From an uncultured Candidatus Competibacteraceae bacterium (lineage in GTDB: Bacteria > Bacteroidota > Bacteroidia > CAIKAF01), in NCBI GenBank assembly GCA_964473995.1, contig CAYYRB010000005.1:3802-61485 (forward strand): a stretch of DNA of 57,684 bases, in the 5' to 3' direction. A program made the translations under genes and the position numbers. Each line of letters opens with the position of its first letter. Within the stretch, counting starts at the first letter, position 1. The notes under the pieces are model-generated. The model saw only the letters and a program-made list of their open reading frames with translations. It had not been told where the DNA came from and made no database searches. Shown here piece by piece: positions 34,982 to 45,792 of this stretch.

Positions 34982-37513
34982 TTAATTTTTTATGATTTTT
35001 TTAGTGGTTTTACCCGTTTTGCCGCTCAGTTCCAAATGATAAATACCCTTCGCCAAATGATTTACGGGGAGCGTGATTGTCTGATTTCCTGATGGAATGA
35101 AGGCGGTCTCTACTGTTTTTCCTACCATGTCAATGATTCGGATTTCAATCTCGTCCTGAAGAGCAATTCCCAAGTCGACGGTGAGTGTGTGTTCGGTAGG
35201 ATTTGGAAAAACGGAGGCCAGCCCTGAGGTAAAGGCTTCATCCAGAGAAACGTTTCCACCCGAGTTGGTAACGGTGATGTAGGCAGTCTTTGTTTCACTG
35301 TCTGATCCGCCGGAATTTGTGGCGGTTAAGGTAATCGTGTATTGGCCGGGTGTATTAAACTGAACGGTAGGATTTGCCGATGTGGCGTTGGTGCCACCTG
35401 AGTATACGATTCCCATGTTGGGTGAAATGCTCCACGCAAAGGAAGTCGGGTTGTTGGTACTTGTCTGGGTAAACTGAACTGTGTTTCCTGCAGGAAGCGT
35501 GGTGGGAGTGCCGGTAAAATTAGCTACAGGCGCTGCGGTGGATGCTGTTGAGCAGCCGATGGCAAAAACAGCATTGGCATAGTTTCCGTTATAAGCAGTT
35601 TGATAGGAGTTCCAGGAATTGTTGCTCCACTGTTCCCAACCGCTATTGGCTGCCGGTTGATTGGCTGCCGTAGTATACATACCTATGCTAGTTCCTGCCG
35701 TGGTGGGAATGTCAAATCCGATGTAAAAGTTTCCCGTAATGGGAATGGGGTTGGCACTTAAGTCGAGTAAAATAGCATTCCCATTAGTCGGAATATTGGC
35801 GATGGGAATATTTCCCTGAGCCAAAACAGTGCCGGGAGTACCACCTGCGCCGGCTGAATTCCAGACTTTGAAGGTAACATTTCCTGTACCTGACGCCGCA
35901 TGGAAGAAAATGTAAAAACCGGTCAGTTGAAAATTGGCAGGGAATGAGGAGGCTTGAAAAAGTTCGGCTTTCGCCTTGTCATTGTATGAATTCGTTCCTG
36001 CCAGCCAGCCAGTTCCTCCGGGAACGGTAAGCGCGGAAGGGGTATGAACTCCGCTGATAAATTGGGAGATGGTATCACAGCCTGTTGCGGGATTGGGCGT
36101 GCCTCCGGAGCAGTTATTTCTTCCATCAAGGGTAGTAGCTCCTGTGTTTCCAGGATCTAACCACGGACTCAGTCGGCGGTTATTTGCCGCTCCGGCGCTT
36201 TGCCAACTGTAGGAAATTTTTCCATACAAATCAGGTTGGGAAGTCGCCGTACACAAAGAGCTTCCACCCGATAAATCACCAACAATGCGTTTGGCTTGAT
36301 TGAAAATGGGGGAGCCGGAAGAGCCCGGCTCGGTAACTCCGTGTCCATTCGCAGTTCCGGCCCACACTACTCTCCAGTGAGTTCCGGGCGTACCCGTCCA
36401 TGAGGTGTTTTGAAGGGTACTTGTGAAGGAGGAAATTTTCTTGATGTCTCCTGAAGGGTGGTGGATGCCTACTCCGCTTGTTGCAGCCGTATTATTGCGG
36501 TCCCATCCGCTGTAATAAACGTTGTAGGAGGAAGGGATGGCACCATTGAATTCAACGAGAAGAAAATCCGAACTGTTGATGTCGGAAACATCGTTACTGG
36601 TAGCCCTTTTGGTACAGCCCGTCACAACTTCATTATCCTCATTATTTGCCTGGGTGTTGGTTAGGTCGGCACAGTTGGGTGATTCAAAATTGAAATAAAA
36701 TTGCCACTGATTGAAACTTGAGGCCGATGCACCCGAACCACAGTGTTGAGCCGTAAGAAAGTAATTCTTACAATCCTGGGCCGTATTGTTGATCAAAGAG
36801 CCCGTGCATAGCCCCCCGCTGCCTCCGTCTATAACATAAATTTTAGCCACGCCCCGTTTTTGATCTTGCCAGTTATTTCCTTCTGAACAATTTACGTTAA
36901 CTTCACAGGCATCTGAACTTCCGTTCTGTTGCCAATTTTTGGGGCGGAATTGGTTTCCACCCCGAAAAACATGGGATACGGCTTCTATTTCAATGATGGG
37001 TTCTGCCGTTTCCGTCAGGGGTGCCCAATATTCAAGAATAATTTCATCTGAGGTGATGATTTCAGTGGAGAAATGAGCTCCCTGGGGGTTTTCATGATTT
37101 TTGTACGCCCTTGATTTATGAGTCATTTCGCTGTTATATACAAATACGGAGGCCGTGTTGGGAATACGGAATTTGGAGTATAACAAGGCAATTCCCTCCG
37201 CGCCCGGACTTTTAATTTTTAAACGCCATGTTTTAAAGCCGTCATAGGTTTTCCATTCCCCTGCATTTTGAGGGGTCATGTTAACCGGCATATTTTGCCC
37301 TATGATATACATTTCCCCGCTTTTCGGATGTTCGCCATTCAGTATGGACTGAAGGGTTTCCGTAGAAGGGCCTTCAACGGTTTCTACCCGTAGATTTGAT
37401 ACATCCTGCGCAAAGCGATATCCGGAAGGGTAACTGCTAAAGAGCGATTCCTGTGCAAATAAACCGGACAGGAGAAGAAAAAGAAAGCTGAATGTGTAAA
37501 CCGTTTTTTTCAT
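34982..37513 (-). CDS. Secreted lysyl-endopeptidase-like S1 peptidase paralogue with an extra ~175-aa inserted domain, PKD domain and T9SS type A sorting domain
   Basis: Catalytic His (LTAQHCGSG), Asp (SDFLLVEF) and Ser (TEPGSSGSPIF), plus RRLSPWLDPGNTGATTLDG. The C-terminus is VFPNPTEHTLTV...GIYHLEL. The ATG at 37513 (MKKTVYTF) is preferred over the TTG at 37531. Confidence 0.88.
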   Translation of the reverse strand: MKKTVYTFSFLFLLLSGLFAQESLFSSYPSGYRFAQDVSNLRVETVEGPSTETLQSILNGEHPKSGEMYIIGQNMPVNMTPQNAGEWKTYDGFKTWRLKIKSPGAEGIALLYSKFRIPNTASVFVYNSEMTHKSRAYKNHENPQGAHFSTEIITSDEIILEYWAPLTETAEPIIEIEAVSHVFRGGNQFRPKNWQQNGSSDACEVNVNCSEGNNWQDQKRGVAKIYVIDGGSGGLCTGSLINNTAQDCKNYFLTAQHCGSGASASSFNQWQFYFNFESPNCADLTNTQANNEDNEVVTGCTKRATSNDVSDINSSDFLLVEFNGAIPSSYNVYYSGWDRNNTAATSGVGIHHPSGDIKKISSFTSTLQNTSWTGTPGTHWRVVWAGTANGHGVTEPGSSGSPIFNQAKRIVGDLSGGSSLCTATSQPDLYGKISYSWQSAGAANNRRLSPWLDPGNTGATTLDGRNNCSGGTPNPATGCDTISQFISGVHTPSALTVPGGTGWLAGTNSYNDKAKAELFQASSFPANFQLTGFYIFFHAASGTGNVTFKVWNSAGAGGTPGTVLAQGNIPIANIPTNGNAILLDLSANPIPITGNFYIGFDIPTTAGTSIGMYTTAANQPAANSGWEQWSNNSWNSYQTAYNGNYANAVFAIGCSTASTAAPVANFTGTPTTLPAGNTVQFTQTSTNNPTSFAWSISPNMGIVYSGGTNATSANPTVQFNTPGQYTITLTATNSGGSDSETKTAYITVTNSGGNVSLDEAFTSGLASVFPNPTEHTLTVDLGIALQDEIEIRIIDMVGKTVETAFIPSGNQTITLPVNHLAKGIYHLELSGKTGKTTKKIIKN

Positions 37514-37537
37514 GAGGGGTGATTTTAACAAGTAAAG

Positions 37538-38632
37538 CTATAGAGAATTTATAAAATCATCAAATAAGTATCTGGAATCATGCGGACCCGCGGAGGCCTC
37601 CGGGTGATACTGAACTGAAAAAATGGGTTTGTTTTTTATTCGTATTCCTGCCACTGTACCGTCATTCAAATGGATATGCGTCAATTCGGCGGTTTCACTT
37701 TTTTCCAAGGCTTTTTCATCTATGACGAAACCATGATTTTGCGCAGTGATTTCTCCCTTCCCCGTGGTTAGATTTAAAACGGGATGATTGATTCCACGAT
37801 GGCCGTTGATCATTTTGTAGGTCGTCAGGCCCGCGGCATGACCCAATACTTGGTGACCCAGGCATATTCCGAACATGGTATCACCATTTTCTATTATTTT
37901 CTTAACTGTCGCAATGGGTTGTATCAGAGTAGCCGGATCTCCTGGACCATTAGTAATCAGAAAGCCTTGAGGGTTCCAGCTTTTCATTTCTTCGTAGGTG
38001 GTATCCATGGGGAAAACCCTTACGAGGCAATTGCGTTCGGTCAGGCAGTGCACTATATTTTCTTTAAGGCCCAGATCCAAAACGGCCACCTTGTGTTTAG
38101 CGTTAGCATCTCCTGCATCATATGGGTGGTTTGTTGCCACTTTAGACGATAGTTCCAGGCCTTGCATGGATGGGACTTCATCCAGAATCCGGCTTAGCTC
38201 ATGTTTATCCAAAATTTCCGTAGAAACGACGGCGTTCATGGCTCCTTTGTTTCGTATATGGCGCACCAAAGCACGGGTGTCCACATCAGAAATTACGGTA
38301 ATTCCTGCTTCCTTCAGATAGTTATCCAGTGTCGCGAATGATTTTACACGGGACGCTTTCACTGAAAAATTTTTGCAGATCAGAGCAGAAATCTTCACCG
38401 AGCCTGATTCCTTTTCTACGCTGTTTACTCCGTAGTTCCCGATATGGGCATTGGTCATCACCAAAATTTGTCCCAAGTACGAAGGATCGGTGAAGGTTTC
38501 CTGGTAGCCCGTCATGGCCGTATTAAAACAGATTTCTCCCGTGGCGGTTCCTGGTTTTCCCGCAGACCTCCCTTTGAAAAGGGTTCCATCTGCTAAGAGG
38601 ATAAAGGCTTCTTTTGCTACTTCGTACTTCAT
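37538..38632 (-). CDS. carA: Carbamoyl-phosphate synthase small (glutaminase) subunit
   Basis: 364 aa with the GATase triad region GICLGHQ and HRGINHPV, and the N-terminal FNTAMTGYQE. Confidence 0.96.
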   Translation of the reverse strand: MKYEVAKEAFILLADGTLFKGRSAGKPGTATGEICFNTAMTGYQETFTDPSYLGQILVMTNAHIGNYGVNSVEKESGSVKISALICKNFSVKASRVKSFATLDNYLKEAGITVISDVDTRALVRHIRNKGAMNAVVSTEILDKHELSRILDEVPSMQGLELSSKVATNHPYDAGDANAKHKVAVLDLGLKENIVHCLTERNCLVRVFPMDTTYEEMKSWNPQGFLITNGPGDPATLIQPIATVKKIIENGDTMFGICLGHQVLGHAAGLTTYKMINGHRGINHPVLNLTTGKGEITAQNHGFVIDEKALEKSETAELTHIHLNDGTVAGIRIKNKPIFSVQYHPEASAGPHDSRYLFDDFINSL

Positions 38633-38653
38633 CGGAGTCTTGAATTGTTATGC

Positions 38654-38692
38654 AAAAAAAAAGGATAAATCTGTTCGATTTATCCTTTTTTG
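38654..38692 (-). terminator. Strong rho-independent terminator ending the ribosomal supercluster
   Basis: A perfect 11-bp stem (aaggataaatc / gatttatcctt) with a 5-nt loop. On the minus strand a T7+ tract follows. Confidence 0.85.
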
Positions 38693-38712
38693 ATAATTAA
38701 TTAAAACTTGTG

Positions 38713-39237
38713 TTAGGCCTCATTTTCCGGTTCTTGTGACTCTTGGGTGGTTGATTCTTCCACAGCCGGCTTTTCTTCAACGGGCTCAGAGGCCGAAGCG
38801 GCTTCCGCTTTGGGAGCTGCTTTACTTCCTCTTCGTGTCCGTTTTTTGGCACCGGCTTTTCCACCCTTCACGAAGGTTGTATTAAAGTCAACCAGCTCAA
38901 TAAGGGCCATCTCAGCATTATCACCGGGGCGCGCACCTAATTTAATGATGCGGGTGTACCCTCCGTTGCGTTCGGCAATTTTGCCGGATACCTCACGAAA
39001 AAGTTCGGTAACGGCCTCTTTGTTTTGCAGGTAACTGAAAACAACCCTGCGTGAGTGCGTACTGTCCGTTTTGGATTTGTTCAGAAGCGGCTCAACAAAA
39101 GTTCTCAATGCTTTCGCTTTGGCTACCGTGGTGGTGATCCGCTTGTGGGTAATCAGAGAGGTGGCCAAATTGGAAAGAAGTGACTTTCTGTGAGAGGATG
39201 TTCTTCCAAGGTGATTTATTTTTTTTCCGTGTCTCAT
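38713..39237 (-). CDS. rplQ: 50S ribosomal protein bL17 (with acidic C-terminal extension)
   Basis: [25 protein letters not shown] is canonical L17. It sits after rpoA. Confidence 0.97.
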   Translation of the reverse strand: MRHGKKINHLGRTSSHRKSLLSNLATSLITHKRITTTVAKAKALRTFVEPLLNKSKTDSTHSRRVVFSYLQNKEAVTELFREVSGKIAERNGGYTRIIKLGARPGDNAEMALIELVDFNTTFVKGGKAGAKKRTRRGSKAAPKAEAASASEPVEEKPAVEESTTQESQEPENEA

Positions 39238-39258
39238 TTCAATTCGATTTTCAGAGAA

Positions 39259-40251
39259 TTACTCTTTGTCTAATTTGTATTTTGTCACATTCATGCCAAA
39301 GTGGAGGCTCTTACTTTTCACGAGATCTTCCAACTCCATCAACGATTTTTTCCCGAAGTTGCGGAATTTTAAGAGGTCATTTTTGTTGAAAGAGACCAAT
39401 TCGCCAAGAGTCTCGACATCTGCAGCTTTCAGGCAATTTAAGGCGCGCACGGATAAATCCATATCCACCAATTTAGATTTCAGTAGTTGACGCATGTGAA
39501 GGAACTCTTCATCAAATTCTTCCGTTTGAGCTTTATCATCTGAATCCAAAGTGATTTTTTCATCAGAAAACAGCATGAAATGATGAATCAGAATCTTAGC
39601 TGCTTCTTTTAGCGCGTCTTTAGGATGAATAGATCCATCGGTGATAATTTCCAGAACGAGTTTCTCGTAGTCTGTTTTTTGTTCTACCCGATAATTTTCA
39701 ATGGTGTATTTTACATTTTTTATCGGAGTAAAGATGGAATCAATGGCAATCATACCGGGGTCTGCACCCGGATATTTATTCTCCTCCGCAGGTACATATC
39801 CACGCCCTTTCCCGATGGTGAATTCCATATTGAATTTCACGGACGGTTCAAGGTGGCAAATCACCAGGTCGGTATTCAATACCTGGAATCCGGATATGAA
39901 TTTGCCCAAATCTCCTGCAGTGAGTTTATCCTGCCCCGTAAAACTCATGGTTACTCGCTCCTCGCTAACAGAATCAATCTGACGTTTGAAACGCACTTTC
40001 TTAAGATTGAGAATTATTTCCGTGAGGTCTTCAACCACACCTTTCAGGGTAGAAAACTCATGCGGAGCCTTGTCTACCTTAATGGTGGTAATTGCAAATC
40101 CCTCCAGGGAAGAAAGCAGAATTCTACGGAGAGAATTTCCTACAGTGATACCGTAACCGGGTTCAAGAGGTCTGAACTCAAATTTACCCTTACGGTCATC
40201 GGATTCAAGCATGATAACTTTATCCGGCTTTTGAAAATCAAGGATAGCCAT
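39259..40251 (-). CDS. rpoA: DNA-directed RNA polymerase alpha subunit
   Basis: 330 aa with [11 protein letters not shown] and the C-terminal-domain motif [10 protein letters not shown]. Confidence 0.98.
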   Translation of the reverse strand: MAILDFQKPDKVIMLESDDRKGKFEFRPLEPGYGITVGNSLRRILLSSLEGFAITTIKVDKAPHEFSTLKGVVEDLTEIILNLKKVRFKRQIDSVSEERVTMSFTGQDKLTAGDLGKFISGFQVLNTDLVICHLEPSVKFNMEFTIGKGRGYVPAEENKYPGADPGMIAIDSIFTPIKNVKYTIENYRVEQKTDYEKLVLEIITDGSIHPKDALKEAAKILIHHFMLFSDEKITLDSDDKAQTEEFDEEFLHMRQLLKSKLVDMDLSVRALNCLKAADVETLGELVSFNKNDLLKFRNFGKKSLMELEDLVKSKSLHFGMNVTKYKLDKE

Positions 40252-40271
40252 GTTTTGCTTTCTTTTAGAAA

Positions 40272-40877
40272 TTATTTAGAGTACAATTCCACGATCAGTT
40301 GTTCTTTGATGTTTTCCGGAATCTGATCACGTACCGGAAGGGATATATAAGTCCCGGAAAATTTGGAAGGATCAAAAGTAACCCAATCCAAGTTGTTTCT
40401 GTGCATGGAAAGTGAAGCGATAATCACATCCAGGTTTTTGGATTTTTCACGCACGCTTACAACGTCCCCGGGTTTCAGTATGCGGCTTGGTATATTACAT
40501 ACTTCTCCGTTTACCAAAATATGTTTGTGACCCACCAATTGACGTGCAGCACGACGTGTTGGGGCAATACCCATACGGAAGGTCATGTTGTCGAGTCTGG
40601 ATTCGCACATCCGAAGGAGGTTCTCACCCGTGATACCTTTCAGGCGGCTTGCTTTTTCGAAAATTACGCGAAACTGCCGCTCGAGGATGCCATAGGTATA
40701 TTTGGCCTTCTGCTTTTCATTAAGCTGAATGGCATACTCTGACTGTTTTTTTCTTCTTTTTGACGGACCGTGCATTCCCGGACCGTATTGTTTCCGTTGG
40801 AGAACTTTATCCGGCCCAAAAATGGGCTCTTTGAATTTTCTCGCAATCTTTGTTTGTGGGCCTGTATATCTTGCCAT
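40272..40877 (-). CDS. rpsD: 30S ribosomal protein uS4
   Basis: [15 protein letters not shown] and an S4 RNA-binding domain. Confidence 0.98.
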   Translation of the reverse strand: MARYTGPQTKIARKFKEPIFGPDKVLQRKQYGPGMHGPSKRRKKQSEYAIQLNEKQKAKYTYGILERQFRVIFEKASRLKGITGENLLRMCESRLDNMTFRMGIAPTRRAARQLVGHKHILVNGEVCNIPSRILKPGDVVSVREKSKNLDVIIASLSMHRNNLDWVTFDPSKFSGTYISLPVRDQIPENIKEQLIVELYSK

Positions 40878-40910
40878 GGTAAATTGACTGAATTGGAATA
40901 AAACAAAAAA

Positions 40911-41294
40911 TTAAACTCTCCTCTTTTTAGGAGGGCGACATCCATTGTGGGGAAGCGGAGTTACATCCACGATTTCGGTAACTTCAATACCTGCGCCGTG
41001 TATGCTGCGGATGGCGGATTCTCTACCTCCTCCGGGTCCTTTTACATACACTTTAACACGTCTGAGACCTAAATCAAATGCCTCTTTTACACAATCTTGT
41101 GCTGCCGTCTGAGCTGCGTAAGGGGTGTTCTTTTTGGAGCCCCTGAAGCCCATTTTTCCTGCCGAGGACCAAGAGATTACCTGGCCTGCAGAGTTGGTCA
41201 AAGAGATGATGATGTTGTTAAACGTAGCATTGATGTGCGCCTCGCCCATCGGCTCTACTTTCACCTTCTTCTTCGGTTGTTTGGTTTTTGCCAT
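40911..41294 (-). CDS. rpsK: 30S ribosomal protein uS11
   Basis: [14 protein letters not shown] and the C-terminal [13 protein letters not shown]. Confidence 0.98.
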   Translation of the reverse strand: MAKTKQPKKKVKVEPMGEAHINATFNNIIISLTNSAGQVISWSSAGKMGFRGSKKNTPYAAQTAAQDCVKEAFDLGLRRVKVYVKGPGGGRESAIRSIHGAGIEVTEIVDVTPLPHNGCRPPKKRRV

Positions 41295-41321
41295 TTTATC
41301 TGATTAAAAAATTGAAATCAC

Positions 41322-41696
41322 TTATTTGGTAGCCTTTTTCTTGTTGGCCACAGTTTTCCTCTTACCTTTTCTGGTGCGGCAGTTTGTTTGTGTCTGCTGA
41401 CCTCTGAGGGGAAGACCGGACCGGTGACGCACACCACGGTAACAACCGATATCCATCAAACGCTTGATGGATAACTGCACCTCGGAACGTAGTGCTCCTT
41501 CCACCTTTATCTCATTGATCTGACCTCGGATAGATGCCAACTGGTCATCATTCCATTCGCTTACCTTGATGTTTTCATCGATTCCGGCTTTTGCCAAAAT
41601 CTTCTTTGAGGTGCTTTGTCCTATTCCGTAGATATAGGTAAGGCCTATAACGCCTCTTTTGTTTTTGGGTAAATCAATACCGGCTATCCTTGCCAT
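41322..41696 (-). CDS. rpsM: 30S ribosomal protein uS13
   Basis: [14 protein letters not shown] and [15 protein letters not shown]. Confidence 0.98.
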   Translation of the reverse strand: MARIAGIDLPKNKRGVIGLTYIYGIGQSTSKKILAKAGIDENIKVSEWNDDQLASIRGQINEIKVEGALRSEVQLSIKRLMDIGCYRGVRHRSGLPLRGQQTQTNCRTRKGKRKTVANKKKATK

Positions 41697-41714
41697 ATAG
41701 ACTTCTTAAAATTA

Positions 41715-41831
41715 TTAACCTTGTCTTTGTTTATATTTCGGGTTCTTTTTGTTGATGACATAAAGTTTCCCGTGCCTGCGCACAATTTTGCACTCAGGGC
41801 TTCTCTTTTTTATTGATGCTCTTACTTTCAT
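41715..41831 (-). CDS. rpmJ: 50S ribosomal protein bL36 (38 aa; not in the ORF track)
   Basis: Manual minus-strand translation gives [38 protein letters not shown] followed by a stop. The gene lies between infA and rpsM, as expected. Confidence 0.92.
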   Translation of the reverse strand: MKVRASIKKRSPECKIVRRHGKLYVINKKNPKYKQRQG

Positions 41832-41843
41832 AACCTCTTCAAT

Positions 41844-42062
41844 TTATTTATATCGGTAAGTAATTCTGCCTTTAGTCAAATCGTACGGTGACATTTCAAT
41901 TTTAACCCGGTCACCGGGTAAAATCTTGATGTAATTCATACGCATCTTCCCTGAAATATGGGCAGTTATCACATGACCGTTTTCCAACTCCACGCGAAAC
42001 ATGGCATTGGAAAGGGCCTCAATGATAGTGCCATCCTGTTCTATGGAAGACTGTTTAACCAT
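41844..42062 (-). CDS. infA: Translation initiation factor IF-1
   Basis: 72 aa with [20 protein letters not shown] and the C-terminal GRITYRYK. Confidence 0.98.
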   Translation of the reverse strand: MVKQSSIEQDGTIIEALSNAMFRVELENGHVITAHISGKMRMNYIKILPGDRVKIEMSPYDLTKGRITYRYK

Positions 42063-42867
42063 GGTGTATTTTTACCAAATATTCGTTTTTATCAACTTCT
42101 TTTTCAATATGCTCAAATGACGACAAAATGTCGTTCCCGTTTTCTGTTATCGCTACCACATGCTCATAATGAGCAGACGGCTTTTTATCGGCCGTCACGA
42201 TTGTCCATCTGTCCGAAAGCGTTCTTACCGATTTAGTACCCATATTAATCATGGGCTCGATACAGATGGTCATCCCCGCCTTCAACACCGGGCCGCTTCC
42301 GGATTTTCCGTAATTAGGCACCTCGGGTTTCTCATGAAGATTTTTTCCTATCCCATGTCCCACCAGTTCCCTGACTACGCCATATCCGTTTTTTTCAGCA
42401 TGCTGCTGCACGGCCCTGCCGATATCCCCCGTCCTTTTTCCGGGGGCGGCAAAAGTACAACCTATTTGCAAACATTCCAAAGTAATTTTGAGTAATTTTT
42501 TTTTACTCTCATTGTTTTGGTCTTCAAGTAAATAGGTGTATGCTGAATCTCCATGATATCCGTTTTTGTTTATTCCGCAGTCCACGCTCACCACATCTCC
42601 CGGTTTAATTTCATAGTTTCCGGGTATTCCGTGAACTACGGATTCATTGATGGAAATGCATAGGGTGGATGGGAAGCCGCCGTATCCTTTAAATGATGGT
42701 ATACCGCCCATGTCACGGATGAAGGTTTCCGCCATACGATCTAATTCGCTGGTTTTTACGCCAGGCCGTATATGCTTCACCAATTCAGCATGCGTTTCGC
42801 CTACAAGCAAAGAACTTATTCGAATGAGTTCAATTTCTTCAGGAGTTTTCAGGATAATAGTACCCAC
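42055..42867 (-). CDS. map: Type I methionine aminopeptidase
   Basis: Metal-ligand motifs VVHGIP, DVVSVD, GHGIG and ICIEPM. The gene overlaps infA by 8 nt. Confidence 0.96.
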   Translation of the reverse strand: MGTIILKTPEEIELIRISSLLVGETHAELVKHIRPGVKTSELDRMAETFIRDMGGIPSFKGYGGFPSTLCISINESVVHGIPGNYEIKPGDVVSVDCGINKNGYHGDSAYTYLLEDQNNESKKKLLKITLECLQIGCTFAAPGKRTGDIGRAVQQHAEKNGYGVVRELVGHGIGKNLHEKPEVPNYGKSGSGPVLKAGMTICIEPMINMGTKSVRTLSDRWTIVTADKKPSAHYEHVVAITENGNDILSSFEHIEKEVDKNEYLVKIHHG

Positions 42868-42885
42868 TTCTTTCCCTGAGCGAAA

Positions 42886-44217
42886 TTAGATACTCAACGA
42901 AGTGGCCGCATTGCGACCTTTTACACGACCGGATTTCATCAATCCGTCCATTTCCCGCATCTTCAGATAACTGTCAATCTGAGACAGGGTGTCCAATACC
43001 ACACCCACCATAATCAACAGAGAAGTTCCTCCGTAAAAGTAAGCGAATGCGGTGTTGATATTGGCCAATGTGGCAAATGCCGGAAGAATGGCCACCAAAG
43101 CCAAAAAGAGGGATCCGGGCAATGTGATTTTTGACATGATGTTGTCAATGAATTCAGCGGTCTGCTTTCCTGGACGTATTCCGGGAATGAATCCCCCCGA
43201 TTTCTTTAAATCGTCTGCGATTTGATTGGGATTAATGGTAATCGCAGTGTAAAAATAGGTGAAAAGGATGATCATGGATGCAAACGTGAAGTTGTATGCG
43301 AAAGTGGTGTAATCTTGGAAATTTCGTGCAATCCAACTTCCTCCTCCATCATCGGCGAACCCTACCAGGTAAATGGGAACGAACATGATTGCTTGTGCGA
43401 AGATGATCGGCATCACACCGGCCGCATTTACCTTCAGCGGCAAAAATTCCCGGCGGCCTCCTGTCTGTTTGTTCCCAACAATTCGTTTGGCAAACTGAAC
43501 AGAAATTCTCCGCGTTCCCTGAACCAATAAAATGGACAAAATGATGACAACCAAAAGAAGAATGATTTCCAACACGAATAGGATCAATCCTCCTCCGTCC
43601 GGTTCCATTTTTGCTCCAAATTCTACAAAAAGGGCTGTGGGTAAATTGGCAATGATACCAATCATAATCAGAATCGAAATACCGTTTCCGATACCCTTAT
43701 CTGTGATTTTTTCACCAAGCCACATACAAAAAATAGTTCCGGAAACGAGAAGCGTGATAGCCATTAGCCACCATAAAGCACTGTCGGGTCTGGCCATAAG
43801 TGGGACCTGGGATGTAAGATAACCGGGAGCCTGGAAAGCGGTAATCAAAACGGTAAGGGCCCGTGTAATTTGATTCAGCCGGTTTCGTCCACTTTCTCCT
43901 TCTTTCTGTAATTTCTGAAAATAAGGAACCGCTATTCCCAACAGCTGAACAATAATGGACGCCGATATGTAGGGCATTATTCCCAAGGCAAAAATTGATG
44001 CCCGAGAAAACGCACCTCCCGTAAAGCTTACCAGAATATCCAGTACGCTGCCTGATGCGCCTTGTGATTGGGCTGCAAGAACTTCAGAATCCACTCCGGG
44101 AAGAATGATGAAAGAACCGAGGCGGTATACAAGCACCAAACTGAGGGTTGTAATAATACGACCTCTCAGTTCCTCAATTTTAAAAATATTCCGCAGGGTA
44201 GTAATAAAGTCCTTCAT
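42886..44217 (-). CDS. secY: Preprotein translocase subunit SecY
   Basis: 443-aa 10-TM protein with ALGIMPYISASII, and it sits in the spc operon position. Confidence 0.98.
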   Translation of the reverse strand: MKDFITTLRNIFKIEELRGRIITTLSLVLVYRLGSFIILPGVDSEVLAAQSQGASGSVLDILVSFTGGAFSRASIFALGIMPYISASIIVQLLGIAVPYFQKLQKEGESGRNRLNQITRALTVLITAFQAPGYLTSQVPLMARPDSALWWLMAITLLVSGTIFCMWLGEKITDKGIGNGISILIMIGIIANLPTALFVEFGAKMEPDGGGLILFVLEIILLLVVIILSILLVQGTRRISVQFAKRIVGNKQTGGRREFLPLKVNAAGVMPIIFAQAIMFVPIYLVGFADDGGGSWIARNFQDYTTFAYNFTFASMIILFTYFYTAITINPNQIADDLKKSGGFIPGIRPGKQTAEFIDNIMSKITLPGSLFLALVAILPAFATLANINTAFAYFYGGTSLLIMVGVVLDTLSQIDSYLKMREMDGLMKSGRVKGRNAATSLSI

Positions 44218-44220
44218 GGG

Positions 44221-44667
44221 TTATATTTTTTCAGCTTTTCCGCCCGCTGCTTCAATAGCTTCTATGGCTTTTTTTGAAAACGCATTTGTGGAAACTGTAA
44301 TTGCTGTTTTGATTTCTCCGCGTCCTAATACTTTTACCAAACTGTTTTTGGGTACCAGACCGTTGGCAAATAAAACTTCATTATTGATTTCCGTAATTTT
44401 CTTTGCATCTGCCAGCGCTTGAAGGGTATCCAAATTCAATCCTTTAAACTCAACACGGTTGATATTTTTAAAGCCAAATTTGGGAACACGTCTTTGCAGG
44501 GGCATCTGACCGCCTTCAAATCCTTTTTTCTTGGAATAGCCGGAGCGCGACTGGGCCCCTTTGTGTCCGCGTGTAGAGGTTCCTCCACGTCCGGATCCCT
44601 GGCCTCGGCCTACCCGTTTGTTGTTTCTAACTGAACCTTCAGCAGGTTGTAAGTCATTAAGCTTCAT
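44221..44667 (-). CDS. rplO: 50S ribosomal protein uL15
   Basis: KRVGRGQGSGRGGTSTRGHKGQ-like motif and operon position. Confidence 0.97.
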   Translation of the reverse strand: MKLNDLQPAEGSVRNNKRVGRGQGSGRGGTSTRGHKGAQSRSGYSKKKGFEGGQMPLQRRVPKFGFKNINRVEFKGLNLDTLQALADAKKITEINNEVLFANGLVPKNSLVKVLGRGEIKTAITVSTNAFSKKAIEAIEAAGGKAEKI

Positions 44668-44681
44668 GTCAATCCGAAGTA

Positions 44682-44864
44682 TTAAATTTCTTGAACTTGT
44701 ATCAAATGCTGCACTTTCTTCACCATTCCCAAAATTTGGGGAGTGGCTGTATGTTCAACGGTGTGACGGATTCTTTTGAGACCTAAAGCCTGAAGTGTCT
44801 GCTTTTGGTCTATTCTTCTGCCGATACCGCTTTTCAGTTGGGTGATTTTTATTTTACCAGACAT
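44682..44864 (-). CDS. rpmD: 50S ribosomal protein uL30
   Basis: 60 aa with KITQLKSGIGR...TLQALGL. Confidence 0.95.
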   Translation of the reverse strand: MSGKIKITQLKSGIGRRIDQKQTLQALGLKRIRHTVEHTATPQILGMVKKVQHLIQVQEI

Positions 44865-44874
44865 GTCTGTTGTA

Positions 44875-45396
44875 TTAACCGTTAAACACTTTTTCTAAAG
44901 ATACACCTCTTTGCTGGGCGATTGATGCGGCATCCCGCAACTGAGCCAACGCTTCAATGGTAGCTTTTACCACGTTGTGTGGGTTGGAAGATCCTTTTGA
45001 TTTGGCCAGTACGTCTTTTACGCCAACTGATTCCAATACCGCGCGCATCGCACCACCGGCAATTACACCCGTACCGTTCGCCGCAGGCTTCAGGAAAACG
45101 CGTGCACCTCCGTATTTGGCAGATTGCTCGTGAGGAATGGTACCCTTTAAAATAGGCACTTTTATCAGATTCTTTTTTGCGTCCTCGGCTCCTTTCGAAA
45201 TAGCATCCGTAACCTCATTGGCCTTACCAAGGCCATAACCTACAACTCCATTTTCATTACCTACCACCACGATGGCAGAAAAACTGAAGTGCCTACCTCC
45301 TTTGGTTACCTTGGTTACTCGGTTGATAGCAACCAGTTTGTCTTTAAGTTCGATTTCGCCGGACTTTACGCGTTTTGTATTTGTTGCTGTTGCCAT
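44875..45396 (-). CDS. rpsE: 30S ribosomal protein uS5
   Basis: [22 protein letters not shown] motif. Confidence 0.98.
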   Translation of the reverse strand: MATATNTKRVKSGEIELKDKLVAINRVTKVTKGGRHFSFSAIVVVGNENGVVGYGLGKANEVTDAISKGAEDAKKNLIKVPILKGTIPHEQSAKYGGARVFLKPAANGTGVIAGGAMRAVLESVGVKDVLAKSKGSSNPHNVVKATIEALAQLRDAASIAQQRGVSLEKVFNG

Positions 45397-45402
45397 AAAT
45401 GC

Positions 45403-45759
45403 TTAAAATTTAAGTCCTCCTTCACGTGCCGCCTCGGCCAGTGCTTTTACTCTTCCGTGATACAGATAACCGTTTCTGTCGAACGTTACATGTTCTATAC
45501 CTGCTTCGAGTGCTTTTTTAGCCAATGCTTTTCCTACCGCAGACGCTAAGTCGGTTTTTGTTCCTTTGACAGAAGCCATGGATTTTTCGCGTGTGGAAGC
45601 GGAAATTAAAGTTACTCCCTTGGAATCATCCACAATTTGGGCATAAATCTCCTTGTTGCTTCTGAAAACGGAAACACGGGGACGCTCTGACGTACCCACA
45701 ATCGTTTTGCGGATACGCATTTTAATTTTGTTTCGTCTGGTATTTTTAACTGCTGACAT
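45403..45759 (-). CDS. rplR: 50S ribosomal protein uL18
   Basis: [20 protein letters not shown] and [19 protein letters not shown]. Confidence 0.98.
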   Translation of the reverse strand: MSAVKNTRRNKIKMRIRKTIVGTSERPRVSVFRSNKEIYAQIVDDSKGVTLISASTREKSMASVKGTKTDLASAVGKALAKKALEAGIEHVTFDRNGYLYHGRVKALAEAAREGGLKF

Positions 45760-45792
45760 ACTTCTTTATGAATGCTGAATTGAACAATAGAA

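Noticed and set aside
39625-40326. 233-aa plus-strand ORF across rpoA/rpsD
   Set aside because: It spans two well-defined minus-strand genes and their spacer, with no motifs.
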